From the NCBI GenBank assembly GCA_002189035.1, contig NEEC01000162.1, positions 1-29,760 on the forward strand: a stretch of 29,760 bases of DNA. The letters are read 5' to 3'. Origin of the DNA: Utricularia gibba. Its lineage: Eukaryota; Plantae; Magnoliophyta. Position numbers and translations under genes: made by a program. How positions within the stretch are numbered: position 1 is the first letter of the stretch; every line of letters starts with the position of its first letter. Shown here one piece after another: positions 21,232-29,760 of the stretch. Under the pieces are notes generated by a model that worked only from the letters and a program-made list of their open reading frames with translations, was not told where the DNA came from and did not search any database.

Positions 21232-24200
21232 ATGTCAAATTCCAGAAGTGAGCATGAAAAGGATGAATCACCGGATGGGAGGTTCACTTTGAAAGCTATG
21301 CAACAGGAGTTCACTAGATTGCATCGCATTCTGGAAAACATAAATGTCAGGCTTGATGAACACGAAAATTCTTTGCAAAATGTTGCAAGAGCACGAAGAC
21401 AAGATAATTATGCTGCTGGAAGGGGTCGAGGTAGTCAATTGCATCAACGCATCAACACTGAACATGACTTAAGTGATCAACGAAGTGCAAGGACTGTTGG
21501 AAGAAGAGATCGAACCCTGAATACTGATGAAGAAGATGACTACATTGAACATAGTGAAAATGATTTTGTGCATGGGGATACAAGAAGATTTCGAGATCAG
21601 GGAGGTAGAAGAGACGGAGGAAGAATTGGAAAGGATGTTAACAACATCAAGATGAAGATACCTCAATTTCAAGGAAAGAATGATCCAGATGCATATCTCC
21701 AATGGGAAACAAGAGTAGAACATGTCTTTGATTGCAACACCTTTTCTGACGAAAAGAAAATCAGATTGGCCTCCATGGAATTTAGTGAGTATGCTATCAT
21801 TTGGTGGGATCAATTGGTGGCTAAAAGAAGGATTGACTCTGAAGAACCAATTCACACTTGGGTTGAGATGAAAAGAGTTATGAGGAGGCGGTTTGTTCCA
21901 AACCATTACCAAAGAGATGTTTATCAACGTTTGCAAAATCTCAAGCAGGGCTCAAGGCCAGTGGAGGAATATTGGCAGGAAATGGAGATTTTAATGATTA
22001 GAGCTCATGTTCAGGAAGATAGAGAAGCAACTACGGCTAGGTTTTTTCATGGGATGAATAAGGAGATTGCAAATATTGTGGAGCTTCATCACTACATTGA
22101 GATGGAGGACATGATTCATATGGCCACAAAGGTTGATAAACAACTATCTAGCAAGAGTTTCGCAAGAGATTTCAACAAGAGGACTTCTGGTTCGAAATTT
22201 GGGGCACCAATGAGATGATGGAGAGAAATAAAGGGAAGTCATCCATGGAACACTTCAAATTCGACATCCAATCAAGTTCCAAGCAAGGGGAGCGAACAAC
22301 ACCTCCAAAGGGAACTACCAGAAACATAAAATGTTTCAAATGCTTGGTACTTGGACATATTGCTTCTGAATGCCCAAATAAACGAGCAATGGTGATTAGG
22401 GGCAATGGCGAAGTTGTTAGTGAAGATGATGATGATCTAGTGGAGACAGAAGCTGAAGTAAGTGATGAGGATGAATTGCCTGTTTCTGGAGAAGTATTAG
22501 TCACTCGAAGGACGCTTAACATTGGGGTGAAGGATAATGATGAGCAAAGGGAGAACTTGTTTCAAACCCGATGCTTTGTTAATAGGAAAGTTTGCAGCCT
22601 GATTATTGATGGAGGTAGTTGCACCAATGTTGCTAGCAACATCTTGGTGGAGAAATTGGGACTACCCACCGTGAGGCATCCTAAACCTTACAATCTGCAG
22701 TGGTTCAATGAAGGAAGTGAGGTAAAGGTTACCAAACAAGTGCTTGTGACGTTTTCCATAGGGAGATATGAAGATGAAGTCCTATGTGATGTTGTTCCTA
22801 TGCATGCAAGCCATATTCTTCTTGGGAGACCTTGGGAATATGATAGAAGAGCATTTCATGATGGTTTCAAGAACAAATATTCCTTCAATTATAATGGACG
22901 CTCCATCACACTTGCTCCATTATCTCCAAAGGAGGCACATGAAGATCAAGTCAGAATTCTGAGTGATGCTAGAGGCCTTCATACTGATAATGGAAAGCAC
23001 AAGGTGGTCGTTCGTAAGGGAGAAGAGATGAGTGAAGTGAAAATGAGTGAAAAAAAAATGCGAAAAAGTGGAGAAAAAAGAAGAGATGGCAAGGAATTGA
23101 GTGGAAAAAAGGATGAAAATGAGCACAAAACAGAGAGTGAAAACATGAGAGTTTTAGGAATTGAGAGAAAGAATGAGAGTCTATTAGCAAGGCCAAGTGA
23201 GATTAGACACTTACTTCATGCTAGGCAACCATTCATTCTACTCATGTATAAGGATGAAGTTCCTACTTCACCTAACCATGCTTCATCCATTCCATCTTGT
23301 GTTGTGTCTCTCTTACAGGTATATGAAGATGTTTTTCCAGAAGAACTTCAATGCTTACCTCCCCTTAGAGGGATTGAGCATCAAATTGACCTTGTCCCTG
23401 GAGCACAACTCCCAAACCGACCAGCATACCGAGCCAATCCAGAGGAGACGAAGGAAATACAAAAACAAGTTGAGGAATTGGTGTCTAAAGGATTTGTGCG
23501 TGAGAGCATGAGTCCTTGCTCGGTGCCGGTGTTATTGGTTCCAAAGTCTGATGGAACTTGGCGGATGTGCACTGATTGTCGCGCCATCAACAACAAATCA
23601 CAATCAAGTATAGACATCCTATCCCTAGACTTGAAGATATGCTTGATGAATTGCATGGTGCTTGTGTTTTTAGTAAGATTGATTTGAGAAGTGGATATCA
23701 TCAGATTAGAATGAAGGAAGGTGATGAGTGGAAAACTGCTTTTAAAACTAAGTTTGGTTTGTATGAGTGGGTTGTTATGCCTTTTGGGTTAACCAATGCT
23801 CCTAGCAACTTTATGAGATTGATGAATCACGTTCTTAGGCCTTTTATAGGTAGATTTGTTGTTGTTTATTTTGATGATATTCTGATCTATAGTAAAAGTA
23901 TTGAGGAACATGTAGGGCATTTGAAAGATGTGTTATATACTCTTAGAAAAGAGAAGTTGTTTGCTAATATCAAAAAGTGTGTCTTTTGCACAAATAGTGT
24001 CTCTTTTCTTGGATATGTTGTAAGTAATGCAGGAGTAGCTGTGGATGAAGAGAAAGTAAGAGCAATCAAAGAATGGCCAACACCTACATCAGTGGGTGAA
24101 GTTAGGAGTTTTCATGGTTTAGCAAGTTTCTATAGACGGTTTGTTAGGGACTTCAGTTCTATAGCAGCACCCCTCACCCAATTGATCAAGAAAAATCATG

Positions 24201-26144
24201 CATTTCATTGGGGAGATGAGCAGGAACATGCTTTCAAACAACTCAAGAATAAGCTTTGCTCAACACCTCTCCTAGCACTTCCAAATTTTTCTGATACTTT
24301 TGAAATTGAATGTGATGCATCAGGTTTAGGGATTGGTGCTGTGTTGATGCAAAAGGACGTCCACTTGCTTATTTTAGTGAGAAGCTTCATGGTGCCACCC
24401 TCAACTATCCAACATATGACAAAGAGTTGTATGCGTTGGTTAGAGCTTTGGAGACATGGCAGCACTACTTATGGCCTAAGGAGTTCGTGATACACACTGA
24501 TCATGAGTCTCTCAAACATTTGAAGGCTCAAGTAAAGCTGAATAGAAGACATGCTAAGTGGGTGGAATTCATTGACACATTCCCATATGTGATCAAATAC
24601 AGGAAAGGTAAGGAGAATGTGTTGCTGATGCTTTTATCTCGAAGGTACACTCTCTTAGCCAATCTTGATGCAAGAATTCTTGGATTTGCTTCCATCATTG
24701 ACTTATATGTTCATGATCACGATTTTGGGATATTTATAAGGCATGTGAACTTGCTACATCTGGGCTATTCTTCAGGAAAGATGGTTTTCTTTATAGGAAA
24801 GATAGACTGTGCATTCCTTCTTGCTCCATACGTGATTTGATTGTTAGAGAAGCTCATGGTAGGGGACTAATGGACATTTTTTGTTAAAAAGACTCTTGAT
24901 ACTCTTACCCAACATTTCTTTTGGCCACACATGAGAAGGGATGTTGAAGGAATTTGTTCTAGATGTATCTCTTGTAGGAAGGCTAAATCAACCACTGCCC
25001 CTAATGGTTTGTATACTCCACTCCCTACTCCTTCCCAACCATGGGTGGACATTTCTATGGACTTTGTTTTAGGCTTACCTCGTACCCAAAGGGGTAGAGA
25101 TTCAATTTTCGTTGTTGTGGACAGGTTTTCAAAGATGGCACACTTTATTCCCTGCCATAAAACTGATGATGCATCTCATGTGGCTGATCTCTTCTTTAGG
25201 GAAGTTGTTAGACTTCATGGTATGCCCCTAACTATTGTCTCTGATCGAGATGCAAGGTTTCTTAGTCACTTTTGGAGAGTTCTTTGGAGTAAACTTGGCA
25301 CTAAGCTGTTATACTCAACAACATGTCCCTCAAACCGATGGGCAAACTGAGGTAACTAATCGCACACTTTCTACCTTACTTAGGATTATGATTAAATCAA
25401 ATCTTAAGACTTGGGAGGAATGTTTGCCACTTGTTGAGTTTGCTTACAATAGAACCATGCATCTGACTACTAAATTATCTCCATTTGAAGTCGTTTATGG
25501 TTTTAATCCTCTTACACCTTTGGATATGTTACCTTTGCCTTGTGATGAGAAAGTTAGTTTAGATGGCAAGAAGAGAGCTGATGCAATCAGAAGATTGCAT
25601 GAAAAGGTGAAACAACAGATTGAATGCAACAATGCAAGTATGCATCAGCAGCAAACAAGGGGAGACGCAAAGTTGTATTTGAACCTGGAGATTGGGTTTG
25701 GCTTCATCATAGGAAGGAGAGATTTCCCACAAAGAGAAAGTCCAAACTTCTACCTCGTGGAGATGGCCCTTTCCAAGTTGTTGAGCGCGTTAATGATAAT
25801 GCGTACAAGCTAGATTTACCAGGTGAGTATTCTGTTCATTCAACTTTCAATGTTGCTGATTTGTCTCTTTTCGACATGGATACAGATTCAGGGACGAATC
25901 TTCCTAAAGAAAGGGGGATGATGAGCCCCAGGAATATAATGAAGTGTATTTGAAGAATGATTAGGAGTTTGTTCAAGTCAACAAATTAGAAAGAAAGATG
26001 ATTCCACCAGGACCAATGACTAGGAGCAAGACAAAGATGGTTGAAGATACGCTTAAGGGTCTACTCAATACCATTGGAATCAAACATGGGCTTGAAGACA
26101 TCCCATCAAAAGAGCTCAACTACTTGAATATGGACTTAACTTAG
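21232..26144 (+). pseudogene. Frameshifted gag-pol polyprotein of the inserted CRM, extending into the 3' LTR
   Basis: Gag, zinc knuckle CFKCLVLGHIASEC, protease LIIDGGSCTNV, RT ([33 protein letters not shown]), RNase H ([20 protein letters not shown]) and integrase ([34 protein letters not shown]). Split over at least 7 ORF-track pieces. Confidence 0.93.
25906..25918 (+). other. Polypurine tract of the inserted CRM
   Basis: AAAGAAAGGGGGA immediately before the 3' LTR TG. Confidence 0.9.
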
Positions 26145-26522
26145 AGCATTGGGCTTGTTAGACTTTTCTATTTCATTTAGTTTGGACTATGTAATGTTAG
26201 AGCCCAATTCTAGAGTATAAATACTCTAGAGATGTACTAATTCAGGATCTTTGGTCATTTTATGTATCTTGTGAGGATTCCCCTCTCCTTTGAGTGCTTG
26301 AACACTCTTAACTTATCAAGTTTTGAGCTTGTGGCGTTCTAGGATTATCACTTCCAATCAATCTCTCTTTTCTGAAGTGTGGCTCCTAATTTTCTTTGTT
26401 TCGAAGTCTGGTTGCAAGAGATTTATTCTCTTGAGGGTAGACTTGGGTGGGTTCTCTTCTAAGCTTCAAAATCACCTCTTTTTTGTGGGTTGCTAATCTC
26501 TATAGATTAGAGGGTCACATCA
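25919..26522 (+). repeat. 3' LTR (604 bp) of the inserted CRM
   Basis: Direct repeat of 20285-20908 lacking TCCAATTCTAGAGTCAAAAT; followed by the TSD. Confidence 0.96.
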
Positions 26523-26578
26523 CTTTCTTTCATTGTTCTCTTTCCTTCCTTTTGTCTACACTTTTATCTTTTAGTAGG

Positions 26579-28409
26579 ATGTCGAGCTCTAACAACTCTG
26601 TAGAAGAATCAGGTGCTATGGGTGTTCGTTTTGTACTTAATGTAATGCAAGGTGAGTTCAGGAGACTGTAAAGATGCATGGAGCAAATCCACATCAAACT
26701 AGAGGAACTTGATGAATCTCTAAAGAACATCAAAAAGCAAGAAGAGGACAGTGTCTCCCATGGAAGAACAAGAGTTCCAACACACCATAGCAGAAGGAAT
26801 TCTCAACTAGAAAAAGATTCAAAATTTGAGGCTGAAGAGGCAAGGCATGGTGAACAAAGGAGAAACAATAACAATATCCGTGATGAGTATGATTCATCTG
26901 ATGGTGAAATTGGAGGCGAAATCGTGATGTAAGATATACTGAAAGACCAAGGGTTAGACACACACATGAATACAAGGAATTCGATAACATCAAGATGAAA
27001 ATCCCTTCTTTTCAAGGGAAAAACGATTCAAATGCCTACTTGAATGGGAGGCTCATGTGGAGCACGTGTTTGATTGCCACAACTATTCTGAAGTCAAGAA
27101 GATCAAGCTTGCTATTTGAGTTTACAGTTTATGCCATAACTTGGTGGGATAATGTAGTACTCAAAAGAAGACGAAATGATGAAGAACCAATTCGCACTTG
27201 GGCTGAAATGAAGAGGATCATGAGAAAAAGGTTCATTCCCATCACTACCAAAGAGATCAACACCAAAACTTGCAGAAGCTAACTCAAGGGAGCAAAACCG
27301 TGGAAGAATTGGCAAGAAATGGAAGTGTTAATGATTCGAGCCAATATAACAAAAGGATAGGGAAGCTACAATGGCAAGATTCCTCTATGGTTTAAACAAG
27401 TAAATCTCTCAAGTGGTCAAGCTGCAACACTATGTAGAATATTGAATATATGTTGCACGTTGCCATCAAGATTGAGAAGCAACAAAAGTCTAAGGACAAC
27501 AAAGAGACCATCCAAAACCTTCTACCTCGTGGAATGCTGGAAGTAAGGAGAAGAAACCAAATTATTCTTCATTTGGGAATCAACCAAGTTTGGACCGATG
27601 AAAGAGGCACTCCAGATACTTGAAACCAGGAAAGAGGATTTAAGTCTTTTGGGAAAACACGAAATATCAAGTGTTTCAAATGTCTTGGCCATGGCCATAT
27701 TGCTTCAGAATGCCCAAACAAGAGGACCATGATTCTAAGGGATTCTGGAGATGTTGAATCTGGAGTTGAGTGTGAAAGTGGAAGTGAAGTACATGAATTA
27801 GATTATGAGGAACAACAACCTGTCATTGGTGAAACTTAGGTAACAAGAAGGACTTTAGCCTTGGGTGCTAAGCCAATGGAGGAGCAATGCGAAAACTTAT
27901 TCCATACACGTTGCTTTGTGCATGGGAAGGTATGCAGCCTAATAATTGATGGAGGCAGTTGCACAAATGTTTCTAGTACTCTCATGGTGGATAAACTCCA
28001 ACTACTCTCAAATCCAAATCCCTACAGGCTTCAATGGTTGAACGAAGGAAGTGAAGTAAAGGTCAATAAACAAGTTCTTGTTGCTTTCCAAATTGGAAAG
28101 TATCAGGACGAGGTTCTTTGTGATTTAGTACCCATGCATGCTGGACACATACTCTTGGGAAGGCCGTGGCAATACGATAGGAAGGTGATCCATGATGGCT
28201 ATACTAACAAGTATTCCGTTTCTATGAAAGGAAAACCTATCACATTGGTGCCTTTATCTCCAAAAGAGGCACACAAGGATCAACTTAAGATTGCTGCTGC
28301 TATTAAATCCTTTGGTGAGTTGAGGGATGAGAGCTTGGGAGAGAAAAAAGAGATATCACGAGAAAGGAAAAGAATATTTAAAAAAGAGAGTGAAAAGAAA
28401 CGTGAATGA
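26579..28409 (+). pseudogene. Decayed gag-protease of the host CRM
   Basis: Multiple stops and frameshifts; collinear homology with 21232-23000. Confidence 0.88.
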
Positions 28410-28517
28410 AGAAGTTGTGAGAAAAAAGAAATGGAGTGCCTTGTTGCAAGAATGAGTGATGTGAAAAGAGTGTTACATGCAAGAATCCCTTTCTTTTGGT
28501 CTTGTTTAAAGAGCCTT

Positions 28518-28595
28518 TGTTGAATCTGGAGTTGAGTGTGAAAGTGGAAGTGAAGTACATGAATTAGATTATGAGGAACAACAACCTGTCATTGG
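28518..28595 (+). repeat. Exact 78-bp direct copy of 27752-27829 at a rearrangement junction
   Basis: TGTTGAATCTGGAG...CCTGTCATTGG is identical at both positions by manual comparison. Confidence 0.95.
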
Positions 28596-28596
28596 G

Positions 28597-29760
28597 CACT
28601 TCCACCATCAGGGGGTTCCGTCTCCTCTGTGCTGTCGAATGGGCTTTGTCCCATCCTCTATGTAAATCCTATGAGTGCAAATAGAAGGGCTGATTCCCTT
28701 GATGTTAGCTAAGGTCCAACAAATTGCTTGTTTGTGCTCTTGAAGCACAGCCTTAAGCTTCTCCTTCTGTTCCAAGATTAGTGAATTAGAGACAATAACA
28801 GGTAGGGTCTCATCATCACCAAGAAACAAATATTTCAAATTTTCGGGCAAAGTCTTTAACTCTAATGATGGTGCTCGAACAACGGAAGGCACTAGCGGCT
28901 CGCTAGGTGTTTCCAAGCTAAGAAAAGAAACATCCTGCACGTGAGGTTCATTAGGTGGATCATTTGAATGATTAAAGACTTAAAGCTCAGCAAGAGAAAA
29001 GTCTTCATATTGAGAAATCTCCGTGTCTAAATCAGATTCGGGCCCTTGTTCATGGATCATCGCATAGTGATCAGTTTCAGTTTCGCATGTGGAGATCGCA
29101 TGTATCTCATTGATCTGATCAGGATGCTTCATGGCTTTGTCAAGACTGAAGTCTAGCACCTATCCATCAAACTGAAAACTGATGGTGCCTTCTTGTACAT
29201 CAATCTTTGTACCTGCACTAGCCATGAATGGTCGTCCTAAAATAATGGACTCCAAAAACTTAGAATTATCACTTTCCATGGGAACCAAAAAGTCTGTTGG
29301 AAAAACTAAATCTTTAACATGAACAAAAACATATTCTATTCTACCATCTGGTGTAACTTGTGATCTATCTGCTAATTGGCATACAACATTCGTCGGTTCA
29401 AGTTTGCCTAACTTAGATGCAAGAGATAAATAAAGAGATCTAGGCATAACATTGACCGAGGCACCAAATCACACATAGCTATTGAAATCTTTGTATTCCA
29501 ATGGTAACGGAATTGAAAACATACCGCGATCCTTACACTTTCGTGGCATTCTCCTTTGAATGATGGCTGAAATGTTTTCATTCAAAGGATCACTTATTGT
29601 TCCACCTTTGCTTTTTCGGTCAACAGGTCTTGAGCAACTTGGCATACATGAGGACCTGCTCAATCATAACAAAAAGAGGAATAGAGACATTAACCTTCTT
29701 CATCATTTCCATAAAAGTTTTCAGTCCTTTCTTGTTTGTTCGTTCTTTGAAACCTCATCG
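28597..29760 (-). mobile_element. Athila-like (non-chromovirus Ty3/gypsy) protease and pre-RT fragment, continuing beyond the window
   Basis: Minus strand: MPRKCKDRGMFSIP, DLGASVNVMP, QLADRS, IILGRPFMASAGTKIDV, LELKTLPENLKYLFLG..LPVIVS and WTLANIKGISPSICTHRIYIE..KPIRQ. Confidence 0.88.

Larger units (their letters stand above)
20285..26522 (+). mobile_element. Full-length CRM-clade (chromovirus) Ty3/gypsy retrotransposon, 6238 bp, TSD CTTTC
   Basis: Paired LTRs, PBS, PPT, domain order gag-PR-RT-RH-INT, and CTTTC at 20280-20284 and 26523-26527. CRM-type gag KIPQFQGKNDPDAYLQWE and a CR-motif-like GPMTRSKTK inside the LTR. Confidence 0.96.
19067..28517 (+). mobile_element. Older CRM-clade Ty3/gypsy element (host), 3'-truncated and interrupted by a younger CRM at 20285-26522
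   Basis: 5' LTR TGATGAG..GTATCA, Met-tRNA PBS and 5' UTR, which resumes after TSD CTTTC at 26528 into gag (MSSSNNSVEE.., MKIPSFQGKND, KCFKCLGHGHIASECPNK) and protease (SLIIDGGSCTNV, HILLGRPW). RT, INT and the 3' LTR are absent. Confidence 0.88.

Noticed and set aside
21268-27315. Antisense ORFs within the CRM elements (e.g. 21469-21936, 22172-22522, 26730-26993)
   Set aside because: Shadows of the purine-rich sense coding strand; no independent features.
1-29760. tRNA, rRNA, CRISPR array, telomeric array, organellar insertion or miRNA hairpin
   Set aside because: None recognised by eye. tRNA complementarity is limited to the PBS sites. A covariance-model search was not possible.

Overview
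Plant nuclear DNA. A roughly 4-kb transposon-free island (about 2.65-6.9 kb) holds one intact protein-coding gene: a class I HD-Zip transcription factor of the LMI1/ATHB-51/ATHB-22 clade, + strand, CDS join(4689..4797,5099..5682), 230 aa. Nearly everything else is nested LTR-retrotransposon debris. It includes Ty1/copia remnants, Angela/BARE-like and Athila-like LTR fragments, and a clean solo LTR with a GTCCA target-site duplication (14047-15145). It also includes a three-level nest: a full-length, young CRM-clade Ty3/gypsy element (20285-26522, LTRs differing at about 1.5% of sites, TSD CTTTC) sits in the 5' UTR of an older CRM element (from 19067), which itself interrupts a copia RT. The older CRM is cut off at a junction carrying a perfect 78-bp templated copy and abuts an inverted Athila-like pol fragment. 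I see no RNA genes, CRISPR arrays or clearly new gene system. The best leads are the unusual leader and intron architecture of the LMI1-like gene, a young CRM copy with many frameshifts, and the filler-DNA junction. All alignments and counts were done by eye, and boundaries of degraded repeats are approximate.
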